The position numbers were made by a program, and so were the translations under genes. From Selaginella moellendorffii (lineage: Eukaryota; Plantae; Lycopodiophyta), in the NCBI RefSeq assembly GCF_000143415.4, contig NW_003314304.1, positions 573,587 to 637,586 of the forward strand: DNA of 64,000 bases, read 5' to 3'. Below the pieces are notes generated by a model. The model saw nothing but the letters and a program-made list of their open reading frames with translations, was not told the origin of the DNA and did not search any database. This document shows, one piece after another, positions 23,244-38,489 of the stretch. The first letter of the stretch is position 1; every line of letters starts with the position of its first letter.

Positions 23244-23519
23244 AATTTATAAACTCAAATCTTAGTAATAAATTCAACTTTAACTTGTTTATCTGATTCA
23301 GAGTAGGAAGTTTTCATGCGACAAGGACAAAACAAATATGTGTCTGCTAGGCTTCAAGCCAGAATGTAGAATTCTCACCACTAAATATTACTCTAATACC
23401 GGACTGTATGGTTCCCTATTGCCAATCATACAAATAACGAAAGGCAAGACATAAAGGAAACAACAATGTCCAATTCTAGCTCAAAACTCCCTCTTTCTAA
23501 ACCGGTCTAATCATCATCC

Positions 23520-24420
23520 ATGGGCTCTCTCTCGAAACTTCACGTTGTTCTTATCCCACTTCCAGCACAGGGACATGTCGTTCCACTCGTCTATCTTGCC
23601 CGCAAGCTCGCGCTCCTTGGAGTCACTGATCATCATCAACGTTGATACGAAACCTTGCAGCAATCCTGGAAGAGCGAGGCCAATCCTGTGATAATGGCCA
23701 GGACATTCGCCTCGAGTCCATCGAGGATCCACTCGCGGAGCTCTTGTCCCAGATCGATCGAGACAGTCGTCTCGGAATTTTACCATCTCAGTGCTTCACA
23801 TGCTGCAAAAAAAGGCTGGATTGGCTGGAGCGAGCTTTTGGCCGGGAAATGCTGCTTGGGCTGCCATCGAATTCCACGTTCCAAAGCTCCTGGAGATGGG
23901 AGACGTTCCTGTCAAAGGTAAAGCTTCGATGAATCTAGAAGTTTGTTCTAAGAAAACATGGAAGTTTTCAAGAATGTGATAGAGGGAGATGACAAGCTGA
24001 TCTCTTACATCCCTGGAATGGAGCTAAGATCACAAGACATTCTACTCTTCATGCACGATGGAGAATTCCAGAAAGTCAGGGAAGATCAGTCATTGCATCT
24101 CTCCAAGAGGATCACACGGGATTCTTGGTTTCTCATAAACTCTGTCCATGACATCGAGCTGCGAGTTTTTGAAGCGATGAGGGAAGGATTCAGGGAGAAG
24201 TTTGTGCCTGTTGGATCATTGTTTCCTCTCAAGGGAGAAGCGATCAATTCAACTGGATTGAAAGAGGTAAGCCTGAGAACTCCAGATGAATCTTGTCTTC
24301 CATGGCTAGAGCTCGGTTCTCTATGTTTTGTTTGGAAGCATCTCCTTCATGACTGCCAAGCAATTTGAGGAGATCACACTGGGATTGGAGGCAAGCAAGG
24401 TTGATACAATCAAACTCTGT
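23520..24420 (+). pseudogene. UGT pseudogene, paralog B
   Basis: Colinear with 12770-13800 but with multiple deletions and frameshifts; ends before the PSPG box. Confidence 0.93.
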
Positions 24421-24819
24421 TTTTGGTAATACTCTAATTATAATATTATAGTATATATTTAAGATTGAATTTGATCCATCCATTATTGTATATAAGTATT
24501 AGTTATAAGGTGACAATTTGTCTTTGGAAGGGAAAGTTTTTTAGCAATGTCTTATTTAGTGTTTAGAATTGTCTTTTTGTTTTTATTCCTTCATTCTTTT
24601 TTTAATCTAGATTTGTATTTGTATTATTTTTTCTTTTCAGATTTTATTACATTCTCTTTTTCCACTATGCTATGCTATTATTGATTAAGGAGTGTATCAT
24701 TCAAAGTTATAGAGGATATATCATTATTGTCAATCAAGTTTTTAATACTTATCACATACCAATTATATATAACAATCTTTATTGTGATTTTAATATTAGA
24801 GACTTTATCGTTGTTTAAT

Positions 24820-25354
24820 TGTAATGTAAGTGGTTTTCTCCTTTTACCTTATGGTGGTTTACCATAGGATAATTATGGAGCAAAACTTTAACCCTCCACA
24901 TGTAATGTGCCACGTACTATATGCTATATGCCACATATCTAAGGAGAGTGTAGCAAAACCTAAGTTTCAACGCTTTAGGTTAAATGAGCAAAGCTAAACT
25001 CTTAAGCATGGAACCCAAGGAGTGAAGGAAGTAGAACATAGAACTACTCTTGAGCATATAATTTAAGGAGTGAAAGGGTAAGAGCATGGTGCAACTTGGA
25101 ACAATTATAGAGCTTCTAATGTCTTTGTAGTACACCTAAATTTGGGGCTCAATTCTAAGCCTATTGTGTTATTAAACAAGGGTCCAATACACTCTCAATC
25201 CTACAAACACCATTTTCCCATATCTAGCATTTATATGCTCAATGGTGTCAAATAGTGTGTAGCACAATTTTGGCATATTGGTGGTTTAACACAAGGAGGT
25301 GAGTATGCCACCAACTAAAGTAGCATAGAACTTAGGCTTAAACTTAAGTTGAAT
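24820..25354 (-). mobile_element. Distal half of the chromovirus 3' LTR, split off by the LARD insertion
   Basis: Decayed reverse complement of the LTR 3' half (GTGGTTTT...TTACCATAGGATAA). The homology resumes after the LARD at 31694/32838. Confidence 0.65.
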
Positions 25355-28300
25355 TGTCATGAATGTGACTTTGGGTATCGAAAGTTATCTGTCGGCTAGT
25401 CCTTTTGGATATTCTTTCCTTATTGCCATAATGGTAGGATGTCAGTATTGCTAGATCCTTTATCAATCTCCACCTAAGGTAGTTGAGAAACTGGTCATCA
25501 TATGTGCATTTCAACCGAAAGGGCACTAAAGAAGGAAATCCTAAGTTGTCATTTAGTCAAGCATACTTGACACGATGATGAGAAACTCGTGATGTTGATT
25601 TGCACTTGCTAGTGTTGGAAACCCCCATGATATTGAGCTTAGTCCCTTAATATTTGCTATATGATACCTTACCGTGTTTGCCAAACACCCTCACTATCAT
25701 GCCTTTTGTGTTAGTCTCATTTCGCTCTCAAATGCTATTTATGGAAAGTGTCTAGATTTGCTCATTTGGCATATCTACGGAATGTAGGGACTGTGTTGAA
25801 CACAATGGTGTTCGTCTTGTGTCCAAATTGGCAATCTAGAGATATTCCATATTTAGTAACTTTCGAGTTTGTCCCAAAGACTAACTCCTGATACTAAGGG
25901 ACACTTAAGGTGAAAGCCTAAAGCATGTGTTCCTCAAGGGGGAGAGGGGATATGGGGGGTTCCAAATGTATAGTAGGGATAGTGGGTAGGTCGGGTATGG
26001 CCAGCCAACCTGATCCATAGTTTAGTTCCCAGTTGTGTGCCTGTCCTCATTTTGCATCTGGCTTGGGTTTAAGCCCAAGTTCCATATCATGCTAGTTGGT
26101 AGAGTACCTATATCCTCGCATTAGGCCACCGGTATGCTGAAATAATGCTAAACTCCGTTTGGCTTCGTTTTGCATGTTAATTTTGGCATTGAGATGTTGG
26201 ATGCTTTATGACTGTTCTAAATCACTCTGTGCTCCTGTCTCTTTGCTCCTTAGGCTATATGCTCGAGAGTCGTTCTATGCTCTAGTGCCATTGCTCCTTG
26301 GCTCCATGCTTGGGAGTTTGGCACTGTTCCTTCATTCAGTGGCTCAAGGCCCTGAAATTCGGGTTCCACACCACTGTCTTTTGGACAAGTGGTATGTGAC
26401 ATGTGGCATATGACATATGGCACATGGAGGGTTTAGGTTTCACTTCGTGGTTATCTTATGGTAAATCACCATAGGATAAAGGGTAAAAACCACATGTGCT
26501 ACATTTAGTATCAGAGAATAAGTCTCAACGAGTATTATTCAATGAAATTGGGCAACTAGTCTCATTACATACGCAGAGATGAAAACGATGATCTAAGTGG
26601 GTACAAAAGCTTTGTATTTATTTCTTGGGTATGGATTTTGGTTACCTTTTTGTACTGGGTTATGTGAGCTTGCTCTTGGGCTCATAAAATGGAATGACCT
26701 GTTCCATTTGCATAAGTTTGTGCTTGGGCTTGTGAATGAGGCATATTAGCACGAGTTTGCGCTTGGGTTCGTGAGTGAGGCACATTAGCAACTTAAGGTT
26801 ACACTTTGAGTTGGTAGGATTAATATTAGCCTATCGGTGGTTCCATGAGTTGTTCCATGTACTGTGGGTGAAAGTAAACCTCCTTTAAGTTTGCTATGAG
26901 TGGCAAATAGGCTGGTCTGTAGCTGTTTAGCATGGCACTAGTGGATCCTTCCTAGGAATGATTATAAGTGGATTAATCAAGACTATAGAGATCAGTCTAT
27001 TGATTTAAGTAGTCATTGCCATGCTCTCTCATAAAATTTTCTTGGATTAGGCTAAAGGTAGTGTGAACGTAAGCTTGAGGTTTAGTCAAGTTAAGACCAA
27101 AAAGAGAGTTATTAGAGACGAAGGATCAAACACATAAATCATTTTATCCTCTTGTAGAGATGATTTGCAACGAGGTGTTGACTCATTGCTTGTGTTCACA
27201 TCATACAATCAAAAGTCCCTATATTGATTTATGTTGGAAATGATGGTCTTACAAATGATGAGTCATGGGATGGATAGCAATGAAATGTTAAGCCATTTTG
27301 TCTAGGCTTGCTATTAAAGACTTGAATTGCAATGCTCAATTCTTTTTTGGGGAACCTTGCTATTGCTCCTTAAGTAGCTTGGTGTTGAATTAGTTTTGAG
27401 TTTAGTCAGAAAGAGAGTTGCATAAGTTTGTCCATATTGTGAACAAAAGCTAGTAGTGTTAGGTGTCATAAATCTCTATTAGTGGAGTATGGCATTTATA
27501 TTGCACTTTGTCAAATTGAGTTAGCACTTGATATTTATATAAACCTTTGTAGGAGTGATATGAGCATTACTTGTATTGTTGCTCAATTGATGATCAAGTC
27601 ATTGTAATACTTATATAATATCCATGTGATAGTGAGTAATGTGTTTACGAAGTTGCTTGGTTAAACGATGATCAACCCCAAAATAGTTGATGGTAAAGCT
27701 AGTCTACTTGCATGTAGTAGCATTGAAGTAGATTTGATTAAGTTCTCAATGATGAACAATTATGTTAAGCTTAAGTTGGTTTCTTGTTTCCTAGGAATTT
27801 GCCCATTGAGGTGTTGGTAATGGTTATAGCATTCATTTGTTATAGCTTGTCAGTTGATCTGTTAACACTTGGAGTAGATTGTTGGATAGAGAAGATGTGA
27901 GGTTAAGGCATTGACATTACTAGCATTTGTGTTAGTGAAAGCGGCATTGTTATTTTGAGTGATAAGGAATTTTCCTTAGATCTTGATTTTTCATGTTATT
28001 TTTCATGTTAGTATTTTGGCTTCACATTGGATCTTAAAGGTGGTTGAAAAAGAGTGTTAATGCAATGTGGATATCCAAAGATGTCGTCGTTGTGATCAAA
28101 CTTTGGATGTTCATTTTATATTTTGCAGATGTTAGTGTTAGATATCGAAAATATGGGTAAAGATGTTTGATGCTTAGGCATATTGTTAGGTCATAAGAAT
28201 TTGTGTTGAGGTGAACCTATATGAAGTTGTCAGTAGGAGGAAGTTGGTTGAGTCTTAAAAGTTTGCATTTCTAGACTGAGAGTCATTCTTTCTCTAGGAT

Positions 28301-31300
28301 GGAAAATTTTCCACAAATTTTCTTCAGCTTTTCCAATGGCTAATTTATTGATCATTTTGCTCAAAAACCAATTTGTTTTCGAAAGCCAATACAAACTAAT
28401 GAAGGGGTTGAAGTTGACTTCAGTTAGCTTAAACTTTAATATATAGTTTGTATGATGTGACCCGAAAAGGATGCTAACTTTTGAGGCTAAGGTAATTGAG
28501 TTGGATAGAGTCTAGAGTTGGTGTAAAAAAGTGGCTGTTGCGCTTATTTAAGAAAGGTGAATCTTGTGCCTTTCTTGTATAGTGTTGTGTTTAGTGGCAG
28601 ATTGCATCTTATATTTCGTTAAAACTTTATAAGAGTAGTGAGCTCTCATTGATTTTGACTTGGTCTTGGTAGCCCTGCACCTTGGTTGAGGATGGTGATG
28701 TCTAACTTAGTTGTTTAAAGTTGAGATGTTGGTACCCGTATTGTAGCTTTGTCTATAAGGAGGTTGTGTACCGATATGAGTTCATCTCATGGTCTTCACT
28801 TTAGTTTTGATTAAGTGTTGATTATGCATACTCAAAGCTATTGGCTAAACACAATAGTGAGCTCATTGCAGTTGAGTTAGATTTGGGTGGTCATTTAGTT
28901 CGTGCTTGTCCATGAGCCAATATCTCATATCTGGGGTATTATATTTATATTGGATAAATATATATCTTGATGACGTGAGTTTAGTGTTTGGGTCTTGTGA
29001 AGGCAAGTTGAAGAGTGATTGTTGGTTGCTCTGCAACTAGTGATTGCAACTAGTGATTGGTAGTGGTCATACCATGATTTCTTCTTTAATATTCAAGTTA
29101 GTTCATGCAAGACTCATGATCATTGTTAAGCATGATTTAGCTATAGGCTTCTTCAAGCTTTTGGTTCTTTGAGTTTTTGTGCTTATTGTTTCATTTGTTA
29201 GAAGTTGTTGGAAAAAGCATTTTTGGCTCCTTAACTTCGATGTTATAATTAGTATTTGCATCTGGCAATCATTGGTGATGATTGATTATCATCTAGAATA
29301 GTTGATTATCCTTGTCAAGGGTTTTGCTTGATTGTTGTTGATATAAAATGATTTGTTATTCTTCGGGATGGTTGATTCTTTCTTTGACAATGATTATACA
29401 TTTTTTTATTGATGGGATGATTAATGATCTTTCATGATAGTTAGTTATTCTCTTTAATGGCTTATGGCTTTTTGCAATACAACATATTCTTTGTGGTTTG
29501 CTCTAAATTGGTCCTTTGGATTTGAGACATCGGTAGAATATTGCTAACACTTGCTTAAGCAACTTGAGTTCCTTCGTATTGTTAACTGGGATCTATTGAA
29601 CTTGGATAGTGCGATAGTTAGCAAGTGTTTATTGATCTTGCAACATTCATTTTGTTCTATTGATTGTTACTATAATTGGTTCTGATAGATTGGATGTTAT
29701 TTCCTTTGGATGATACATTCAATGAAATTAGATGTTATTTCCTTTAGGTGATACATTCGTGAGCATTTTACTTGTCAATCTATAATACTTTGTGTTCTTT
29801 TAGTTGTCTTTGTCAATTGTTTAACATGCTATCTGAAATCTTTGATAGTTAAGTTTTATCATTGAGTTTCCTTGATGATACACTTGCTATTGAATTTTGT
29901 TAGATAGTGAATCTTATGTTTTTCCAAACATGCTGATCTTGGTGGTTTCTATACTATCATATTGGTTTATCAGATGATAACTTACTTGGAATACTTTTGT
30001 GTTCTAATCTAAGATTTATTCATTGATAATTAAGTCTCTAAAATATCATTGTCTATGATTTTGATATTGTCTATCTATTAATCTTTAAGTTTGGGCTAGT
30101 ATAAGCAAACTGACTTTGGCACTTCGTGTGTATGGTGAAATCTTTAGTCATGGGGTAGCTATTGTCAACTGGTCACATCACCCGCCTCTCTGTCGATATT
30201 CTTTATTTCGTTAAAAGGCCATGACTATGTAAACAACTCTAATTACCTATTTATAGTAGTCTATCTAAACCTGGTTTGATTTCTTTGCTCAAGAGGGTTG
30301 GGGCCTTTAGCTTCTCTCTCTATGTCCTTACAAGTAGGGGTGTATTACACTTTTGTAAGCTGGGTGACACCTAGAGTAGCAAGAATGGCTAACTCCATTA
30401 GTCATGTCCTTAACTCATTTAAATTGGTGTATTTTTCATATAGTGTGATCACCATGAACTTTTTTATTTTGGAGTTGTTTCCTTGGCAATGGTTTAGACT
30501 GGAGTATGCATCGACAAGGACATCAATCTTCCTTAGGGGGGGGGGGAGAGTATCACAAATGTGATTTCCGGTATCGAAAGTTACCTATTAGTTAATCTTT
30601 TTGGATATTCTTTCTTTACTGCCATAACGGTAGGAGGTCGGTATTGCTAGATCCTTTATCAGTTTCTGCTTAAGCTAGTTGAGAAATTGGTCATCACATG
30701 TGCACTTAGACCGAAAGGGCACTAAGTAAGGAAATCTTAAGTTGTCATTTAGTTAAGCATACTTGATGCGGTGATGAGAAATTCATGATGTTGACTTGCA
30801 CTTGCTAGTGTTGGGAACCCCCACGATATTGAGCTTAGTCCCTCAATATTCACTAGATGATACCTTATCGTGTTTACCAAACACCCTTGCTATCATGCCC
30901 TTTGTGTTAGTTTCATTTCAGTTTTAAATACTATTTATAGAATTGTCTAGATTTGCTCATTTGGCATATCTACGGAATGTAGGGACTGTCTTGAACACAA
31001 TGGTGTTCGTCCTGTGTCCAAATTTGCAATTTTGGGACATTCCATATTTAGTAAGTTTCGAGCTTGTCCCAGAAACTAACTCTTGATACTAAAGGAGGCT
31101 TGGGGTGAAAGCCCAAAGCGTGTGTTCCTCGGGGGGGGGGGGGGGGGGTTGGGATATGGGGGGTTCTAAGTGTATAGTAGGGATAGTAGGTAAGTTGGGC
31201 ATGGCTGACCAACTTGAGGCATAGTCTAGCTCTCGTTTGTGTGCCTGTCCTTGTTTTGCATCTGGCTTGGGTTTAAACCCAAATTCTATACCATGCTAGT

Positions 31301-31693
31301 TGGTAGAGCACTTATATCTTTGCGTTAGGCCACTGGTATGCTGAAAAAGTGCTAAACTCCATTTGGTTCCGTTTTGCATGCTAATCCTGGCATTGGGATG
31401 CTAAATGCTCTAGAACTATTCTAAATCACTCCGTGCTCCTGTCCCTTTGCTCCTTGGGCTATATGTTCGAAAGTCGTTCTGTGCTCCAATGCCATTGCTC
31501 CTTGGCTCCATGCTTGGGAGTTTGTCACCATTCCTTCATTCGGTGGCCCAAGGCCCTAAAACTTTGGTTTCACACCACCATCCTTTAGACATATGGCATA
31601 TGACACATGGCATATGGAGGGTTTGGATTCCGCTTCATAGTTATCCTATGGTAAATCACCATAAAATAAAGGGTAAAAACCACGTGTGCTACA
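25355..31693 (+). mobile_element. Non-coding LTR retroelement (LARD-like): 5' LTR 25355-26503, 3' LTR 30551-31693
   Basis: TGTCATG...GCTACA 5' LTR, degenerate tRNA-iMet PBS TAGTATCAGAG at 26506-26516, a ~4 kb internal region with no long ORF, and a PPT at 30536-30550. No TSD is recognisable. Confidence 0.85.
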
Positions 31694-32837
31694 AAGAGAA
31701 CAAAAATGTAACATAGCCTAGCAGAAGCCAAACTAATACATAATATAGTTAACCATACATTCCAACCACTATATAATACATTTGGAACCCCCCCCCATAC
31801 AAGCCACCCCCCACCTGTTGAGGAATGCATGCTTTATGCTTTCACCTTTAACACTAAGAGTTAGTCTATAAGATAAGGGTGAAAATTATTAAATATGGAA
31901 TGGCAATAAATCGCAAATTAGGGTGTAGGAACAATATTATAGTACTCTCTACATTCGATATGCCTTTTGAGTGGATCTAGATACTTACTATAAATAATAT
32001 ATAGTACTGAAATGGAATTAACACATAAGACATGATAGTGAGGATAAGTAAGCTATCACATAATAATATTAAGGGACTAGACTCAATATCATGGGGGTTC
32101 CCAACACTAGTAAGTGCAAATCAATGAATAATTTTCTCTAACTAGGTCAAGTATATTTAATTAATAGCATTTAGGAATTCCATCTTTATGCTCATCTAAT
32201 CAAGTGCACACACAATAACTAGTTTCTCAACTAGATTGGGTGGAGATCATAAAGGAAATCAATAATATCGTCCTTAGGGGATTTTAAATGTATAGTAGAA
32301 TGTATAGTAGGGATGGTAAGTAGGTTGGGCATGGCCGACCAACCTGAGGCATAGTCTAGCTCTCATTTGTGTGCTTGTCTTTGTTTTGCATCCGGCTTGA
32401 GTCTAAACCCAAATTCCATACCATGCTAGTTGGTAGAGTATCCATATCCTTGCGTTAGGCCACTAGTATGCTGAAATAATGCTAAACTCCATTTGACTCT
32501 ATTTTGCATGTTGGTCCTAGCATTGGGATGTTGGATGCTCTAGGACTATTCTAAATCACTCCGTGCTCTTGTCCCTTTACTCCTTGGGCTATATGTTCGA
32601 GAGTCATTTCATGCTCCAATGCTATTGCTCCTTGGCTCCATGCTTGGGAGTTTAGCACTGTTTCTTCATTCGGTGGCTCAAGGCCCTAAAACTTCGGTTT
32701 CACACCACTATCCTTTGGACACATGGCATGTGACATATGGTATATGACACGTGGCACATGAAGGGTTTGGATTTTGCTTCATAGTTATTCTATGGTAAAT
32801 CACCATAAAATAAAGGGTAAAAACCACGTGTGCTACA

Positions 32838-35800
32838 AAGAGAACAAAAATGTAACATAGCCTAGCAGAAGCCAAACTAATTCCTAATATAGTTAACTAT
32901 ACATTCTAACCACTATCTATATAATACATTTGGAACCCCCCATACAAGCCACCCCCCACCTGTTGAGGAATGCATGCTTTATGCTTTCACCTTTAACACT
33001 AAGAGTTAGTCTATAAGATAAGGGTGAAAATTGTTAAATATGGAATGGCAATAGATCGCAAATTAAGGTGTAGGAACAATATTATAGTACTCTCTACATT
33101 CCATAGATATACCTTTTGAGTGGATCTAGATACTTACTATAAATAATATATAGTACTGAAATGGAATTAACACATAAGACATGATAGTGAGGATAAGTAA
33201 GCTATCACATAATAATATTAAGGGACTAGACTCAATATCATGGGGGTTCCCAACACTAGTAAGTGCAAATCAATGAATAAGTTTCTCTAACCAGATCAAG
33301 TATATTTAATTAATAGCATTTAGGAATTCTATCCTTATGCTCATTTAATCAAGTGCACACACAATAACTAATTTCTCAACTAGATTGGGTGGAGATCATA
33401 AAGGAAACCAATAATACCAACCTTCTGCTATTGTGGCAATAAGGAAAGAATGTCTGTAAGGATTGGTCGATAAATATCTTTCGATGCCTAAAGTTACATT
33501 TGCAACATTCTCCCCCCTTGGGGAACATCAACATCCTTGTCAATACATACCTAAGTGTAGCAAATTGTCAAAGAAACAACTCCGAAAGTTAACAAAAAGC
33601 ACACTATGTGGGAAATACACCAACTTAAATAAGTGATAGAATTACCTTGCCTCTACGTCCAAAGTTGTTAAGACTCAGACACCCTTTGGCCATCACTAAC
33701 AAGGAAATAACTAACAAAGTTAGCCACCCTTACTGCTTTGAATACCATTCGACTTACAAAGGAATAATATATCCTTGCCCGCAAGGACATAGCAAGAGAG
33801 CTAAATGCCCAACTCCTCTGAGCAAGAAATCAACCCTATCAAGAAGATCAAGACACTTATTATAAATTGGCAGATGAAGTTATTTATATAACCATGCCCC
33901 TTTTCAAAAAATAGTCAATGAGAAAGAGGTGAGGACTTATGATCAGTCTATAATAATTATCCCCATGGTTATGGATTGTACCCATGCACTAAAGTGCCAA
34001 AGCCAGCCTACCAAAATTGACCCAAAAACCAATGAACAAAAAAAATGTTTAATTGTTTTATTGATTGTAAGATTTATTATAAAGATTTACAAAATTATTT
34101 TTTATTACGAGTCTCATACTCTGTGATAAGCTCACAAGCATATGTAAGATTACTAAGAGGCTCCCAAGTTGATTCACAAGTTGGGTAACCATGCCACTTA
34201 ACGAAGTATTCTTTGGTACGACCACCACATTTTCGATGATATGATAAAATGCTTTCAACTTTATATTCAAATTCACAATTCAAAACTTTTGGTGGCAGAC
34301 AAATCTCCCCTTGATGTGCAATATCCATAGTGTATGGAGCCAATAAATTAGCATGAAATACATTATGAACATTAGACAAGATCTAACTAATAGGATACAT
34401 CATCAATCCATTTCAAAACCCGATAGAGTTCAATATATCTTAGTAATAGCTTCCAAGACAAAGATCCCTTAATATTCAAGTTTTGGGAAGATAGCCATAC
34501 ATGATCTCCCATTTGATAAAATACATTGAGATAATGTTGATCCTTATCACATTGATACTTATTCTAAACTTTGCCTATCGTCTTAGTAGCTTTAGACAAA
34601 CTGTGGTATAATTGCTCCACATAAGTCTTAACAGCCGAGATCAACACTTTAGACATTGGTTTTGGTACAAAAATCTATTGAGGAACCCCATGAGCATTCC
34701 CTTGCAACATCTTCCATAGAGAACAACCAATAGCATTGTGAATTGTATTGTTATAACATATTTTTATTGTGTTCAAATGCTCAACTTAGCCATATTAGTC
34801 TATTGCAATATAGTACTACAAATAATCCTCAATTTGAGCATTCACACGTTCTATCTACCTATCAGTTTGAGGATGATAAGTGGTATTAAATTTCAACTTA
34901 GTACCGAATAACTAGAATAATGTGCACTAAAACTTCCTAGTAAATCTCGAATCTTTATTTGAGATCATCTCTTCATGAAGACTATAAACCCATACTACTT
35001 CATGGAAAAAAAAGTTCTACTATTTGCTTGGCATTTACTATTTCCACAATTGGAATGAAGTGTGCAATCTTCGACAATTAATTCACAACCACCATCAAAG
35101 TATCATAACCCTTAGACTTCAACAAGCAAGTGATGAAGTCAAGTGTCACACTTTGAAATGGCCACGCTGGTGCTAGAATGCATTACAACTTCCTAGCCTG
35201 CTTCTCAATTCTTCGCTTACACTGCTAACATATAGGGTAAAAATAGACATAATTTGCTATATCACCTAACTAGAAAAATCNNNNNNNNNNNNNNNNNNNN
35301 NNNNNNNNNNNNNNNNNNNNNNNNNNNNNNNNNNNNNNNNNNNNNNNNNNNNNNNNNNNNNNNNNNNNNNNNNNNNNNNNCTAGAACATCATAATGTTCT
35401 CGTAGAAACAATTGTTGCAAATCCTTAGAGGGAAAATATAATCTTTATTACTTATAGAAAATAAGCTATCCTAAACTGAGAAGTGAAGCTTCACATTGGC
35501 ATAACTAGAAACTTTCACTACTTCATTACCGAGGTTCTACTTTAACAACTCCATACAGTGTAAAATTGCTTTTGCCAATGGATCACTTTCATATGAAGCC
35601 TGAACATCTTCCAACCAATCCAAACTAATTGTTGACATTATCTAGAACTAAGCCTGACAACTTAACAAAACATACATTTACTTTCTTTAGCATATACTTT
35701 GTGTTCATGCAACTTCTGAAACGCTAGTTCCAAGTGTTTCAAATGATCCTCTAATGTTTCACTAAAGACTAGAACATTATTAATATATAAGACAAAAAAA

Positions 35801-37720
35801 GTGTCTAAATCTAAATATTCTATCCATCATTATATTGAATGCATTACATAACAATGGTATGACAATGAACTTATATGATCCATATCAAGTCTTAAAGGTT
35901 GTTTTCTGCACATCTTGATCTACCACTGATATTTCATGATACCTAGAATGAAAATCAAGTCACGTAAATATTTAGCCTTTAAGAATTGCTCAAATAAGTC
36001 ATCAATGCGAGGCAAAGAATAACTGTTTCTAACCATAATCTTGTTAAGAGCCCAATAATCAATACACAACTTCATAGTTCTATCCTTTTTTATAACAAAA
36101 AGGACTAGTGCTCCATAAGATGACTTGCTTGGTTAGATATAACCTTTATTAAGAAGCATCGTGAGTTGCTTCTTGAATTCAACCATCTTTTTTATATTCA
36201 AATAATATAAAACTTTTGTAGGTGGTTTAGAACTTGGAACAATCTCAATCCAATGATCAACTTCACAGCTAAAATGTAGCTCTGGCAGCAAATTCTTTGG
36301 AAAGATATCTTAATTCTATGCCAACAACTCTAATATTTCCTTTAGTACAAAATAAACTCTATCACCAATTTAAACTGGGTCACCATCACCCTTACCTTCA
36401 TCACTTGAACCAAAAAGGTCTAACATCCTTTCTTAGCTGCTTTTTGAGTGGCTTTTACAATCAGGAACTTAGCATTCTACTTTTGAGGAGCACTTTTGCA
36501 ATTGGAAGGACACATTAAAAGTCTTTTTATATGACTTTATCTAGCATCATAAAAATTTTTGATATATTTATTGAAGAAATCCATGCCAAACACCATCTAA
36601 AAATTTAATATTTTCAACACTACCAAGTTCAATCTCTCTTTCCACTTAGATATTTTTATTAGAACATCACTCACAAATTTTCTAGCTACTTGTCCACCTT
36701 CTACAAAACAAAAGTGTATGGATTGCACTTAGCTTTCAATTCTAATAACTTTACTAAGTTTTTGAATATCATGCTATGCATAGCTCTTATACCAACCATC
36801 ACTTAGATTTAATGTCCGTAGATAAAGCCTACAAGATACATCAACAGATCAGTGCTTACATTGATTGTGAGAAAAGTTTGAGGGAAATAAAAAAAGTAAC
36901 TCATCTCCTCTTTCTCATAATTTATATTGACAACTTCGTTAACCCCTTCAGCTTCACCACCACCATCTTCCCTCATGACATTAATGAGACCTTGTTTTAT
37001 GCTTGTTAAGACATTCTGAAGACCTTTATAATAGAAGCAATAACCATACTACTCGTTCATTAGGAGTAGGTTTCATAAATTGCTACTACTTGTACCCACC
37101 AAGAGGAAGACCAAAGGGCCTAGGACCAAAAGAAGCTATCGGTGGTTGCCAACCATTATCTTTATTAACTGTTGTTTGTGAGCTCTCATGGTGGAACTTT
37201 CCTTCCACCCTTTGTTTTAGATCATCTTGTTTATTCCCAAAGTTCTTATTCTTATTCAAGGTATCAACATACAGTTGTTGATACTATTCCATGAATGAAT
37301 GACTAAAGGCAACTTGTTGTACTACATCTTTACATTCCAAATATATCTTTGGCTTAAATTTCAAAATCTCATTATGAGAAAGTGAACTCAAACCTTCTAG
37401 AAAATAACATCAAACATCTTCATCATTCATATTTACAATCATAATGCACTTCTTTGAATTGACAATCACAAATCACTTCACTTCACAGTAAGTTGATACA
37501 AAGAGGTAGAACATATATTTTGTATGTTTTTTGGTTTTTTCCACATCTATCCAGCAAGCAATATATCATATCATACAATATGTCAGCTTCTTGCTGGATG
37601 GTTCATTATTATGATCACTAACATGATTTAATTCTAGAAAAGGTGACTCAAAAATCCACTAAGTCTCCACCCATTTGGACTTGGAACCTTGCCAGCTACT
37701 GAAATTGAAATTGTGTATAC
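32838..37720 (-). mobile_element. Decayed Ty3/gypsy chromovirus, copy 2
   Basis: Near-identical to 2716-7560. Chromodomain ORF at 34095-34379; 100-N gap at 35281-35380. Confidence 0.9.
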
Positions 37721-38489
37721 TCTAAAGATATGTGTTACACTTAAACACTAACATGCAACTCTAAATCCTAAACAAAAAACATAATACAAATATAACATTT
37801 TAAAGTCATTGTGATGGATATCCAGGTTATATAATGATGGATAATGTCTCACCAATGATATTAACTTATCTCAGTCAAGAAGGTTGGAGCAGGTAAACTG
37901 TAATACCCTTCATGATTATGCTACCCTAGGAGAATTAATGACTACAAATTATGATTGAAATAGAAAATGGTTGTCAAAATCAAGCATATCACTTGATCTG
38001 GAAAAAAAATTTAAGCTCCCTATAGTTCACAGTTACATGTATTTTTTAATAAGACCATGTGCAAATGATCAATTGAAAGAAGGATATGGAATTGAAGATT
38101 TATCTTACAAATTTGGAAAGTTTCTAGAGAGGAGAACATTCAGTGTTATATGAAAAGCTCTTCTGAGACTATATTTCTTAGGGATGATAAGCTTATTGAC
38201 TTTAAAAATCATATTGTTACTTTTAAATGCAATGAATCAAGGTTGGTGGCACAGATTTCAATCTTCACATGGTATATATGAGGTGAGTAAAAATAAATTC
38301 AAAGATATGAATAACTTATGTTGGTGTTCTAACACTCCAAGCGATATTAGTTTAGCTGCAGAAAAAGTTTGGGCCTTTAGAAAACTTTCCAGAATTTCCT
38401 TAGGGTGAGAAGACTTAGATGAACTTCGGAATCTCCCATGCTTCATTATAAGAAAATAATTAAAACGGAATAATATTTGTGCTTAGGAT

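Larger units (their letters stand above)
1..30311 (+). repeat. Large direct (segmental/tandem) duplication, unit 1
   Basis: The ORF track and sequence recur at offsets of about 30.1-30.3 kb (e.g. 3525/33647, 11706/41804, 12770/42868) and about 41 kb after the extra block (19191/60146, 22533/63627). Confidence 0.95.
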
